In this document: positions 30,701 through 45,240 of the stretch, piece by piece
Layout of the letters: every line of letters begins with the position of its first letter
Position numbering within the stretch: position 1 is the stretch's first letter
Origin: Chrysomallon squamiferum
Taxonomy: Eukaryota > Animalia > Mollusca
Direction: 5' to 3'
NCBI GenBank assembly: GCA_012295275.1
Contig: CM022666.1
Coordinates: forward strand, 992,001-1,056,000
Length of the DNA: 64,000 nucleotides
Program-made: the position numbers and the translations under genes
Notes under the pieces: model-generated
Told to the model about the DNA's origin: nothing
The model's input: only the letters and a program-made list of their open reading frames with translations
The model's database searches: none

Positions 30701-31611
30701 GTGTTAAATAAAATTTCATTCTTCTTTTGGAACATGATAATATTGCCTTTTTATAGGTTTAATAACAAAATAGAAATCTATATTTTAAAAAGGAAAAGAA
30801 GGTGTTTTTTGTTTTGTTTTTTAAAGTAGATTTGATACAGATGTAATAATATGAATATCTTTTGTTACTGAGAATAAGTAAGAAAAATGAAAATACAAAT
30901 AAATAAAAACCTCTTAAATAAAGATTATTTTGTTTATTATAACAAGTAAAGATTTTTTTTTTTTTTAACTAAATGTTGGAGATTTATTCATTACTTTAAA
31001 AAAACTGGTTGCTGTGTGTACTTTAATAATGAAATATTCTTTAAATAAAATAAAATTAAATAAACAAATATTCATATTGAAAAAATATAGATTCTTTTAT
31101 AGACTTAATTTAAAAAAGAAAACGAAATATAAATTTTTCTTTTTCTCTCTCTCTTTTTTAATGTATATTTTTACATTTTTAAATTTAATTATTTAATGTA
31201 AATGTTGATGCATTTTATAAAATATACCATTTGTCAGCATCATGTATAAATAAGTAATAACACAGACTGAAAGATTCAAAAATAAATTTGAATAATGTGA
31301 CTGCATCAGCTGGTAGTCAGACACTAATGAGCTACACAGACTTTACAGTGGAACAATCAACATTCAGTGAGCATTGTGAACTACAAATGTGAACTACAAA
31401 TATGACACATATATTTGTATCCTGTTTTCAAGGACAAACCAAGCATTTTGAGTTTCAGTCTTTTTAGAGATAGGGAAATGAAAAAGAAAAGAAAAAAAAA
31501 AAAAAAAAAAAAAAGAAACTAAATAAGAAAACTCCAATAACAGCAATAAAGAAAGAAAAGTAATGAAATTAATATTATTTTGTTCTTTAAAAATCTTGAA
31601 GATCTATTTAG

Positions 31612-31645
<34 letters not shown>

Positions 31646-32331
31646 ACATCATTTGATATTATTGTGGTCCATGAACTATTTGTGGAGGATACAGAACTTA
31701 AAAAGCCCCCAAAACATTCATACATTCCACACACACACACACACACACACAAAAACACATATAACTATTTATTTATTTATTTATGTTAGTATGGACAGAA
31801 TATTTTAAAATTGAAATATTAGGCTTAGTATAACCATTTTAAAGAACCATTGATTGTTTTTAATACATGTAAACATGTGTGCACACACACACACACACAC
31901 CTAAACACAACACAACACACACACACACACACACACGCACACACACACACACTTAAACACACCTAGCTTCATCAGACACCAAACTGGTGGTGGTGTTTGA
32001 CAATGGATTCCTAAGAACAGCTGGAGACGATGACAACAAGAAAAAGTGATTTGCTGCGCGGTGAAATATCTCATGAAACATTGACGAGCCCTGAATACAT
32101 CTGATGAAAAGTTAACAGCATCAGTGTCCTCCATTACTGTCACTTCCACGATTCACTTCATTACAGACAGAAAACAGTTGTAAAATCCAATCAGCTGGAC
32201 TCCCCCTTCCCCCTGTGACTAGGGGGGGGCGATTGTTTCGACATACCTCCATCGATTCGCTTTATTATTTATAATATTTGTGATTACTGGCAGTTAAACA
32301 ATGTTTGATGTTTACTTATAATGTTGACATA

Positions 32332-32884
32332 TGTTGGTTGGGGAAATTTTCAGTATTTGTTTATAATATTTACAGTTTTTGGTTGTGGAAATTTTCAGTA
32401 TTTGTTTATAATATTTACACTTGTTGGTTGTGGAAAGTTCAGTTGAATATTTATAGTATTTACACTGGTTGGTTGTAGAAATTTCAGTATTTATTTATAA
32501 TATTTACAGTTGTTGGTTGTAGAAATTTCAGTATTTATTTATAATATTTACACTTGTTGGTTGTAGAAATTTCAGTTGAATATTTATAGTATTTACACTT
32601 CTTGGTTGTAGAAATTTCAGTATTTATTTATAATATTTACAGTTGTTGGTCGTAGAAATTTCAGTATTTATTTATAATAGTTACAGGTGTAAGTTGTAGA
32701 AATTTCAGTATTTATTTATAGTATTTACAATTGTTGGTTGTAGAAATTTCAGTATTTATTTATAATAGTTACAATTGTTGGTTGTAGAAATTTCAGTATT
32801 TATTTATAATAGTTACAGGTGTAAGTTGTAGAAATTTCAGTATTTATTTATAATATTTACAATTGTTGGTTGTAGAAATTTCAG
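32332..32884. repeat. 44-bp minisatellite, about 12 copies (ttgttggttgtagaaatttcagtatttatttataatatttacaN)
   Basis: Tandem units with a 44-bp period. Confidence 0.93.
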
Positions 32885-33359
32885 CATAACATGCACATAT
32901 TCATCACATGGTCTTTTATAGCTTTCAGAATGTCAGTAATTTTCTTATCTACATCTGACATACCCATAAATTAGTTAATATAGATTTGCTGTTAGTAATA
33001 AGAATCGTTATTATTAAATATTGTAAAACAGAAGGAAATATTCAATGTAAATGAGCCAATAATAAAAAGATAGGATCTTGCTAACAAAAATAACTAATAT
33101 GTAGTTCTCCCTGAAGTAATAATCTTATATTAAACAGTTAGTTTTGTCTCATAATTGTATATCAATAAGTTCCAGTGACAAATCCTTTCTTATTTCATTA
33201 CAAAATGACATTTATGTTTTGTTAACAGTGTTAACATAAAATAGCAAAATACACTAAACATATACACATCTATACATTTTTCAAAACTGCATCTTTGTAT
33301 ATTCATGTACATATACATACATAAAGATAAATACATTCATACATCCATTCATCCATAAC

Positions 33360-33875
<516 letters not shown>

Positions 33876-34737
33876 TGCCATCTGTCAGAAATAAAGTTTA
33901 GTTATTGAAATGGTATTTTATTAATTTACAGTATTTATATTTATTTATTTAAGTTATGTTATTGACATAAGTGAAATGTTTGTACAAAAACTGAACATAC
34001 TTGTCAAAAGTTTGAAAAAAGGATCTGAAAAAATAGGAAGCACATTTGAAATGTTTCTCATCAGTCATTATGAATATTTGTGTGTCTATGACATGTTGTA
34101 CATAAATGGAATAAAATATTTCTACAGAAAGAGAAAAACTAGATTCAAAGAAGGGTTTACAAAAATATGAAGAAAAAAAAAGTAATAAAAAATTTCATCA
34201 TTCATTATGAGTATTTATTTATTTGTATGTTTTTTTATTATTTATTTTTATGATGTAAAATTTTATTAAGGTTAGCAAATGGAGTGAGATATTAGTGCAT
34301 AAAATAAAATTTGTGAATTTTTTTTGGAAAGAGTTGTAAAATATTTTGTGAAAATTTTATTATAGTTAGCAAATGGAGTGAATTATAAACTAACACAGTT
34401 ATAAAAAAAAAAAAAAATAAAAAGAAGAAAATCAAGATTTATAAAGATGTGAAATATTTTTTGGCATTCATTACCAATTTTTTGTGTTCGTGGGTGCAAA
34501 ATGTTATTGTAGTACAAATTATGATTGATGGACTTTTTCAGATTCATGTTGAATCATTAATTTATTTTATTTTTTTAAATACATTTAAAAATAATAACAG
34601 TTGTATTTTAAGACTTAGGAGTAAAATTTTGGAAAGAGAAATATAAATGTAATGCGGAAAAAGTTGTGGATAAAGAATGGATTTTTAATTGTATCTTAAG
34701 ACAAAAGCATCTTGATTATTGGTCATAAAACTAAATG

Positions 34738-34769
<32 letters not shown>

Positions 34770-35503
34770 AAATAACAACAACAAAACCAACAGTAATAAT
34801 AATAACAATAATAACAATAACAACCAGTAAACAACAGATTCCTGTCTTTTGTCAAAGTCCTTGCCACTGCTGATACTGAAAATCTCTGAAATTAAAAATT
34901 TTAAATGAATCAGCTTTTATAATAACAACCATATTACAAAATTAAATTTAAAGAGATATTAACACTTTTCACACTGTTGTAATTTTCAGAGTAATTGATG
35001 CTTGACTAAAGTGTTCAAACAGAAGGTACTGGAAAATTATTCTTTCTTGTGTTTGTTGTCTGCATTGCACTGCTGATGTTTCTGGCAGCATTTGTCATGA
35101 GGAGTCTGGACGTCTGAAGAATCAAATCATTCTTGTTCTCTCGTACACGTCAGAGCTGGTGGGTGTTATACTGGAAATTAATGGAAGTCTTTCTGTACAG
35201 GTCTTCTTCTATCACTTGTTGACAGTGTTGTCCATCACTCGACATTGGTTCAGACTGGACTTGTCTGTTTGGTCTAATGCTGCTGCTTTGTGATGTTAAT
35301 TTTAATGGGACTAGCTGCCGTTTATGGTGTTTCCGTGTTGTGTCCTCGTTAACAGTGGAATTGTTTTAAAATCTGAAGATCTGTCTGTCTCACTGTGTTC
35401 TTTTTTTTTAAATGAAAGAAGAAGGGATTTTTAGTGCTTGTTGATGTTGAAAATAATAATGGTAAAAGTAAATAGATAAAATGACCAGTGTGATGGAAAG
35501 GGG

Positions 35504-35539
<36 letters not shown>

Positions 35540-36490
35540 TAGAGAGAAAAGAGAAGAGAGAAAATGGAGAGAAGATAAGAAATATTTAAACCATTTTGTG
35601 TGTTTATGACACTGCATCTTTGTGCTAAAGCACTATTTACTCATATCTGTTAGTGATTCAACTTTAATAAAATAATGGACTCAGAATGCACCATCTGCAA
35701 CAGCAAAAAAAATACCTTTGACATTAAAATTAAAAATTTTTATTACTTCAGACCATGACACTGTTATGATCTTTTCCTTTTAGCATCTGAAATTTCACTT
35801 CACTGTTTCCTTCTTAACTTGTAACATGATTGTATTTCAATTAAAGGAGGCATTACATTCATTAGTGTTACAAGGCAGCAATGGGACTAATTTGTCAAAT
35901 TTAGTTGATGTAGTGGTGGAAGTAAGTTCAGTTTTTTTTTACACACCTATATCAGACCTTTTAATTTAATCACACAATGAAATTTTTACAATGACAGGGA
36001 ATTGTTGTATTAATAAAAATAATAGACGTGGTTGCTTAAATTGAAGTATGGAACTGAACTTGATATAGTGTTAAAAAAAAAAAAAGTTTTGTGTTTGTGT
36101 TAGTTAAAAGAAAAGTTTTGTGTTTGTGATAGATAAAAGAAAAGAAAAGATCCATTTATTAATTAAATGATCCATTTTGTACAATTGTTGTTTTTACTTG
36201 AGTAAGAAAACTGAATTCAATAACATTATTCTGTAATATATACTGAGCCTTCTACCTTAGAATATGAAGATATCTTAAGAATTCAATGTAATTTTGTTTT
36301 TAATCATTGATTTTTTATCACGGAAATCAATTATTCTGATCTATTTTTTTTGTGGAGAATTAACTAGTTATAAAAATAGTGTTTTTACTGAAGTTATAGT
36401 TAATATCAACAAAATGCATCAATTAATTTAAGTGACAATATATTTTCAATAGTAAACAAAAATGTTTAAATATTTATTATCTTCCTTCTA

Positions 36491-36578
<88 letters not shown>

Positions 36579-37272
36579 GTCTCTCTCTCTCTCTGTCTCT
36601 CTCTCTCTAACAACAAACCAGCCCATCCAAACACATAATTATAAACCAATTTGTAATGCTTTTATTTATACCCATTGTTTTTCAAACAGGCATTAAACCT
36701 GAACATACAAAAAAAAAATTCTTCACATTAAACTCCTTCCACTAATTTATCTGTATTAATTTTTTTTTTCTTTTTCCATGAAACTCCAGTTTATAGTCAC
36801 TCCTGTCATTTATTTAATAACTAAATTATTTACAAGAAAAAAAAAAATTACATTGCCTGAGAAAATTAATGCGCATCTGCCTGTGGGTGTTGCAGTGTTT
36901 TAAGTAATGGATGTTTTCTTGTTACCTTGAAACAAAGTGTTGTTGTTGTTGTTTTTTTTAGTGTGTGGTTATCCTGATCTCATAGAGTCACTGTTATAAT
37001 TATTGGCTTTATGAAGCAGGAGAAGTGTAGCTTTAATGGAAAATTTGATTAAGTAGATAGTTAAGAATGTAGAAGGTGTCCTGTACATTGCAGAATTAAG
37101 TTAATTTGACTTGGGTGTCTTGTGATGGATGATGTAGCATGTAATGTTGTTGTTGTGGGGTTTTTAAAAAGATAATGCTACTGAAACCAGGTGGTTATTT
37201 GTGATTCTCTTTAATTTAGGTGAGAAGATATTCATTTTTTTTTATTATTATTATTTTGATAGAATTATGATT

Positions 37273-37313
<41 letters not shown>

Positions 37314-37769
37314 TATTATTATTATTAATTTATTTTTTATAATTATTTTATTTTTATAATAATTATTTATTTATTTAAAATTATTATTAATTTTTTTTTA
37401 ATATAATTTATTATTATTATTTGTTCTGGTTTCTTGAATAATAAAATACAATATTTCAGACTACTAACTGTAAAGAAAGAAAAAAAGAAATGAAAAAACA
37501 AAACCTAATCATTACTGGATTTAGATGGTGGAGGTGTTTGCTACTGGCAAGCAGTATAGCAGAGATCTGATTTTACCATTTTAATTCCTATTTGTCAAAA
37601 ATAATGGTACAAAGAAGATGTATTTAATTTTAAAATTAAAAGATTACTTGCTGTTTTCTTCTCTTGAATTGTATCAATGAAAAAATATATATTGATTCCT
37701 GAAAGCCAATATAGCAGAGTGTAATTACATTCTTTCTTACTTTCTTTTTCTTGCTCTTTTTTACTCTTA

Positions 37770-37828
<59 letters not shown>

Positions 37829-38567
37829 TTTATTTATTTGTTATTCTTTTGAAGTACAGTGTATATCTTCTTTCTCTTGAATTAACAAATAAAGACAAGA
37901 AATATCTCTGTTATTTAATAAATAAACATTTAAATAATCAATAATACTTGTATGCTGGAAACATTATTCTGCTTCGTAAGAGAAGCTGTAGACACAGTCA
38001 CTGTAGAAAACATCACAGTACTGAAGATGTTAGAACTTCCCTAGGGTCATGTTTGTTATGGATAGTGTTGATTTTCCCAAATAGGTAAGGATGAAAGATC
38101 AGATGTCTTATTTTTTTTAATAAAAGATATCTTTAAAATGTTATAAATTTAAAATAATAATAATAATAATAATAATAATAAGGAGAAGAAGAAGAAGAAC
38201 AACAACAACAACAAAGGCAAACATCAGCAATAATAATAATAATAATAAACAAAATTAAAATAATTTAAAAATTTAAAAACAATAATAAAAGAAAAAAAGA
38301 AAAAAAGGGTAAAAAAAAATAAATAATAAAATAAAGAGAACGATAAAAGGAAAGAAAAAAATCCAGTAAAATGAAAAAAAAGAGAGAAAAAAAGAAAGGA
38401 AATAAAGTTTTACCTGCAATTGAAAACAATGGCAGTCTGTAACAGATCACATCAACTCACTAACTAGAAAGGATTTTTCAATTTGTCTCAATTTGCTACT
38501 GATTGGGTTTTAAGTTCTGAACTTACATTGTTCATTCAATCAGTGTCATCATGCAAGGAATGGAAAT

Positions 38568-38940
38568 GATTGCATGCAGTGTAGACTGGACTGTATGCAG
38601 TTATGTAGAGAAGATTGCATGCAGTGTAGACTGGACTGTATGCAGTTATGTGGAGTAGATTGCATGCAGTGTAGACTGGACTGTATGCAGTTATGTGGAG
38701 TAGATTGCATGCAGTGTAGACTGGACTGTATGCAGTTATGTGGAGTAGATTGCATGCAGTGTAGACTGGACTGTATACAGTTATGTGGAGTAGATTGCAT
38801 GCAGTGTAGACTGGACTGTATGCAGTTATGTAGAGAAGATTGCATGCAGTGTAGACTGGACTGTATGCAGTTATGTGGAGTAGATTGCATGCAGTGTAGA
38901 CTGGACTGTATGCAGTTATATGGAGTAGATTGCATGCAGT
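38568..38940. repeat. 45-bp minisatellite, 8.3 copies (gattgcatgcagtgtagactggactgtatgcagttatgtggagta)
   Basis: Exact 45-bp period; the unit is built from two related 21- and 24-bp halves. Confidence 0.96.
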
Positions 38941-40544
38941 GACTTAGGTGTGCAACATAAAAGGAATAAAATAAACTCTTCCATGGTTTGGAATTCTAGA
39001 AATAGGCTGAAATAATTCTTTAAAATGTCTTTCCTTCTTTTTTTTTTTTTTTTTTTTTTTTTGCTGCATTCAGAGAAGACATTTTCTGCTGAAAATTGAA
39101 TTAGCTTGAAAGATAAATAAATGGAATTATCAAGAGTTTTTTAGTTTTACACATTTTTAAAAACATTTTTTAAGTGGACAATTTGTTTAAATAAGTTTTT
39201 AGATTTTGGCAAGTAAAAATGCTAGAAATAATTGTTGTTAATGAATATTAACAATGATATATAAAAGGATTTTGTTGAAATAAAAAAGTTAAAAATTTGA
39301 AAATAGATAATTTAAAGAAAAAAAAAGAAAAAAGATTAATATTTAAAAATAAAACATAATAACATATTGTTAACAACTATGAATTAGAAACAAAATCAAT
39401 AAAAACAACAACAAAAAAACAAGAACAAACAAAACAAAACAAAATAAAATATTTAAAAAATAATAGTTATGATGAAAAATAATAAATTAGAAATAATAAA
39501 AATGTAATAATTTTCAAGGTTTTTGGGTGTGGATGGGTGGGTATATTTATTAAAATCATATGAGACATCACAAGTGCACAGAAAAAAAGAAAAATGGCAG
39601 CTAGTTATAAATTTTAAAAAAAAAAGAAAAAGAAAAGAAGATAAAAATCATTTCAAATTACCATTAAACTGTCCTTTATTACACATAGCAATTTATTGTA
39701 GATGACATTAACTGGTATTTTCAGTCAGATGTAAAATAAAAATAAAATAAAAATATAAAATTGTAATTTATTTGTAGGCAGAAATTCATAAAAATGCAAT
39801 CACTGATAACCAAATATGACATTAATTGGCATTTTGAATTTACTTGGCTTAAAATGAAATCAACTGTCATTGTGAATTTAGTCATCCACCTGTAGCAAAC
39901 AAAGATAAAAACAAACAAACAAAACAAAAAGAATCCAATCCCAAAACAAAAACAACATATAAATAAATAAATAAATAAATAATCATAACAATTAAATAAT
40001 AAAAAATCTTAAAAATAGAATTTTCACATCATATATATGTGAATGCAGATAGAATATTATGAGAATATTATCATTATTATTATTATTATTATTATTATCA
40101 TTATTATCATTATTATTATTACTACTACTACTACTACTTTTATCATTATTTAATAGTTATTGTTGTTGTTATTATTATTCTAAAACATGGCTAAGTATTA
40201 CCAAGGGTTGAGCTGTAAACACTTGAACTGTCATCTTTATCTGAAGACGTTTTCTCCACTGTGAACGACACATCACTCCTGATTCTCTCTCAGACACATC
40301 CTCATGAAACTTTTATGTACAAATGAAGTTAAGTGACTCTGAACGGAGTTAGCAGTGCTGTGTGTATGTGTTAGGACTCAATTTGTCTGTGATTTCCCCC
40401 ACTTACCTCAACTGACAGCCAATAAACATTTCAGTCTTCCTGCAGAAACCCTCTGATAGATCATAATAACACTGAGTGATACACAGAGAATGTGCCCTGG
40501 GGCTCAGTCTGAGTGACCATCTACAGCTACTGGTTTTATAGAGG

Positions 40545-40975
40545 CTGTTGGTCAGTACTTGACCATTCACTGTAACTAGCCTAAAAGGCCAAGTTCTGTA
40601 GTTTGACCATTCATTGTAACTAGCATTAAACGTCATGCTCTGTATTTTGACCTTTCACTGTAACCAGTCTAAAAAGGTCATTATCTGTAATTTGACCTTT
40701 TACCAATACTAGTCTAAGAGGTCATGATCTGTACTCTGACCTTTCACTGTAATAATCTAAGAGGTCATGATCTGTACTTTGACCTTTCAGTATAACGCAT
40801 CTAAAAGGTACTTTGACCTTTTACTATAACTAGTCTGGAAGATCATGGTCAGTATTTTGATCTTTCAACTATAACTGGTCTGAAAAAATGCCATGGTCTT
40901 TTAACCAGGCACTATAACTAGTCCAAGAGGCCATGCTATGTACTTTGACCATGCACTATAACTGGTCTAATAGTG
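40545..40975. repeat. Diverged ~44-bp tandem repeat with TGACC...GGTCA in each unit
   Basis: About 9-10 units resembling tttgacctttcactgtaactagtctaagaggtcatgatctgtac. Confidence 0.8.
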
Positions 40976-41745
40976 TATGCCTGTATGTACAGTCCTGTAT
41001 CAGATGGTTTCTTATTAAAGATTATTATTTATTATCAACAGAAGTGTGGGGAATGACCAATCACATATTAAAAACAGATTATTTACTTCATTATTTCTGT
41101 GCTTCTTGATCTAGATCAGACAGATTGTAAAAATGAATTTCATTAAATCAGCCTTCTCTTTCTTCTTTTTCTTCTTATTTTTTCCTTTTTTCTTTCTTTC
41201 CATCCTTTCTTTCTGTTTTTAAACTTATTATTGTTATTTTTTAAAAGTGTTTCTGTTTAAAGCATATATTGATTTGGTGATGACCTTTCAGTCTATTCTA
41301 GTAAAAGCTCAGATTTGTTATTTCCTTCTTCTTTCTTCGGTACTTGCAGTCAAACTGCCTGCTTGATTCTTATTTTGATAATGTAAAGAGTCATTACTGA
41401 TATTTCTAGTGGTTTGGGCAAAGCTTAATGTGACAATGATGTAGTCTTTATGATGATGTTTTATTGTGTTACTCACATTTCTTATCTTTTAAAATACATA
41501 TTTATGTCTGATAACCAGTGATATGTATTTTTTTTTGTTATTTATGAATATATATAAATATGACCTTGTTTGTTTTAACACCATATGCTGATACAATGAT
41601 GACAGTGTTGATGATGATGATGATGATGACAATGATGATGATGATGATGTTTATGATGAAAATAAATTTGATCAACCACTGCTAGTGTTATTCTTGCTAC
41701 TACTTGTACAAATAATAATAAAAAACATATTTTCTATATTTTCAG

Positions 41746-41823
41746 TATGGATGGTGCTGATCTGTGTTTTGAAATTGTCAAAAGAGCATCTGCTGGTTTT
41801 GTGTACAGTGAAGCTGTTGCAAG
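41746..41823 (+). CDS. CASK: CASK coding exon: (Y)[25 protein letters not shown](S)
   Basis: Flanked by ttttcAG and GTAAGA; 78 nt, phase 2-2. It joins 13018 in frame across a 28.7-kb intron and matches recalled [30 protein letters not shown]. Confidence 0.97.
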
Positions 41824-41860
41824 GTAAGATTGGAAAATCTCTCTCTCTCTCTCTCTCTCT

Positions 41861-41948
<88 letters not shown>

Positions 41949-41989
41949 CTCACTCTCTCTCGCTCTCTTATTCTTGCTCTCTTTCTCTA

Positions 41990-42029
<40 letters not shown>

Positions 42030-42647
42030 TATATATATATATATTCATATTCTTGTTGCTTACTGTCTAATGTGAGACTATAAAGTATACACATGTTCAT
42101 ATTGTGTTCAGTCCCTGCAGACAGTTCTCTGTATGTGACCTTGTTATGTTCTGACAGATGAGATGTAATTCAGAATGGACATTACTTGGAATTTAGTTTT
42201 GTCTGCACATTTGTGAAATATTAACCAGCATTTGTGCCTCTTGTACTCTTCTAAGATTTGTGATCAGTCATATTTTTTCATCAACAAAACAACACTGGAG
42301 TATTTTAGAAATATTTGCTTGATGCCTGTTTGTTTTTTGTTTTTTTAAATTTTTTAAATTTAATTTAATTTAATTTTTTTTATTATATTTTATTTTATTT
42401 TTTTTATTTTATTTTATTAAATTTTTTAAATTTTATTTTATTTTATTTTATTTTTTGTTGTTGCTGAAATCTTTGTGGTTGAAAATATTCTTATGGCTTC
42501 TCTTAAAATCAATATTTTTAAGGATTTCTGATTTAATGGGTTTAAAATTCGCAGGAAATTGATTTACTTCCATTTCTGATTTTAAAATATAGTTTAAAAA
42601 TTAGACCAGCATGATGTGATGTTTAAAATTGTGAATAATAAAAAAAA

Positions 42648-42706
<59 letters not shown>

Positions 42707-42800
42707 TAACAATAATAATAATAACAGTAATACTAATAGATAAATAAAGGAAAAAAATGAAATATTAAAACATAAAATTTAAAAAAAAAACATATCCATA

Positions 42801-42831
<31 letters not shown>

Positions 42832-45064
42832 ATACATATAACTAAGTAAATAAATAAATAGATAAAAGGAAAATAAATAAAAAAGTAAATAATTAATTAA
42901 ATAAGTAAAATAAATAAATCAATAAAATAAAATAAAATAATTAGTAAATAAATAAATAAAAGGAATATAAACAACAGTGAGTGTTATTTTTGTACAGTGT
43001 ATATTTTTACTTTACATTAATCAAAATCTATATCTTTACTGCATTATTTCTCATGTAAAGTTCATCTCAGGTCAATGGGTGCATTGTTCACGTCTGCTCA
43101 CAGCAAGTAAGACAACTCCATTCATTTTTAATGAATGGATGGATTTTTTAAAGAAAAAGAAGAAAGTGAGATTGTTCATGCTGATATTTCAAGTTACCAT
43201 GTTTAATGCTGATTTCATGAGACAGCAGAAAAAGATAACTGGTTTTATTATTATTTATTTTTTATTTTTATAAAATTTGATTTTTTATTATTATTATTTG
43301 ATTATTATTATTTTTATTCTTATTCTTATTCTTCTTCTTCTTCTTATTATTATTTTTATTCTTATTCTTATTCTTATTCTTATTATTATTTTACTATTTT
43401 AAAAAAAAAAATTTCAAGAAAGTTATTGACTAAATTTGAAAGACTAAAAGGGGACAAAGATTACCTGGAATTTTTTTTTTTTTTTAAAAATTGATATTTT
43501 GAAGGGTACTAGAAATAGCATAAATATTAAATTCAGCAATATAGACTAATATAGAGAACTGAATTTACTTTAAATTCACAGTGTGGAATAACGATCTAGA
43601 TTTATGTTTTGATGTGATCATATTGTGTTGTCATTATCAATGCACAAAAAATACAAATAATGTTTTATATTTAAATAATTTGAAGATGAATGACAGAGAA
43701 GACTCTTCACTAACTCTTGTATTGGTCTAAATTCCTGCACATTCAAGAATATTTGTATTTGTCTCAGATTTTGTGTGGGTACCTCAAATTGAATTATCAA
43801 CATATGTAGAATATAATTGTAATCATATTTACAGAATTACTGAATATCTAGAACAGAATGTTAACTTGAAAACAGAAGCATCCTTTGATTATAACCTGGT
43901 TTTCTATGTTGTAAGAACAAAAAGACATGACATTAAAGAATGTGTAAGGATTTGAAAAATACTTATTTTTGACTGTAGTTGTAAAAATGGGTTGGAAAAT
44001 GACTTGAAGAAAGGACAAACTGAATTAGCATGACAGAGCAAGACTTTCTTCATGTTAGATTTTAGTCCAGTGATTTTTAACAGGCTGCAACTTTTAACCA
44101 TTTAACACTTCTTATAGTTTTCTGTATATTTAAATGAATATATAAAAAGTTCCTTGTTGCTAACTGAAAATTGACAGCCACAAATTTCCCTTATGTTCAA
44201 AAAAAACCCAACAACATATAATTTTAGATCTTAAGAATACACAAACTTTGTAGTGTTTTGAATTGTTGTTAAGTTTACGTTCATTCTGGTAAACTGATTG
44301 GGTTTAAAAAGGTTTTTTTTTTTTTAAAAAAAAGTTAAAACATAGGCTGACACTGAAGCAGTTTTGTTAATTACAAATCTAGTGAAGTTTGGTGGTGAAT
44401 TCTGGACAGAGCAGATTATAAAGAACTCATGACATACAGATGGCTCATTTTGTGATTGATTTTACATGTTTTAGCAATTTATATGATGGTGAACCTGGAT
44501 TTTCTCAAGCTGGGATGAATGTTTAACCTCAGCAGGGATCTGAAAAGATGTGGCTTTAGATTCAATATTCAGTGTTGGGGAAATTAATAAATTGCATTCC
44601 AGAAGCCATATGTTAACGTATTTAAATATAATTTTAGAAAATAATTATTATAATAATAATAAAATTAAGAATCACCTCTTTGTTTGGTTGTTAAATTTAA
44701 GCTTAAATTTTATGATTATGCAACTATTCATGTCTTAATTAATACTTTTTATTTTTAAATATTTCTTACATTTTAATATTTTTTAAATTTTTTTTATTTT
44801 CTTATGATTTAATACTTCTTATTATTTAACATTTTTTATCATTTCAATATTTCCTATCTTTTAATATTAATTATTATTTAATATTACTTTTAAATTTTTT
44901 AAATTTTTTTTATTTTATAAATTATCATCATATATGAGACAGATTTTGGAGTCTGAATCTTTAACTGCAGTGATCGGAAATAACAAAAATACTATAATTA
45001 TGCAACTCCTAATCATTTAACACTGCTTTTTTTTTTTTTTAAATCTTTGTTTTTCCCATTCCAG

Positions 45065-45240
45065 CCATTACATGAGGCAGATATTCGAGGCCTTACGCTA
45101 CTGTCATGCAAACGACATCGTTCATCGTGATCTTAAGCCGCACTGTGTCTTGCTGGCCTCCAAGGAGAACTCGGCTCCGGTCAAACTGGGAGGTTTCGGA
45201 ATGGCTGTCCAGCTTCCCTCTGATGGCAAAATAGCAGGAG
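45065..45240 (+). CDS. CASK: CASK coding exon, catalytic loop and GFG motif: (S)[58 protein letters not shown](G)
   Basis: Flanked by ttccAG and GTTTGT; 176 nt, phase 2 to phase 1. Carries the CASK-diagnostic HRDxKPHC and KLGGFG (GFG replacing DFG). Confidence 0.97.

Noticed and set aside
38549-38942. Cys-rich ORFs on both strands (MQCRLDC.../MQSTPHNC...)
   Set aside because: A by-product of a 45-bp unit; no splice or promoter support.
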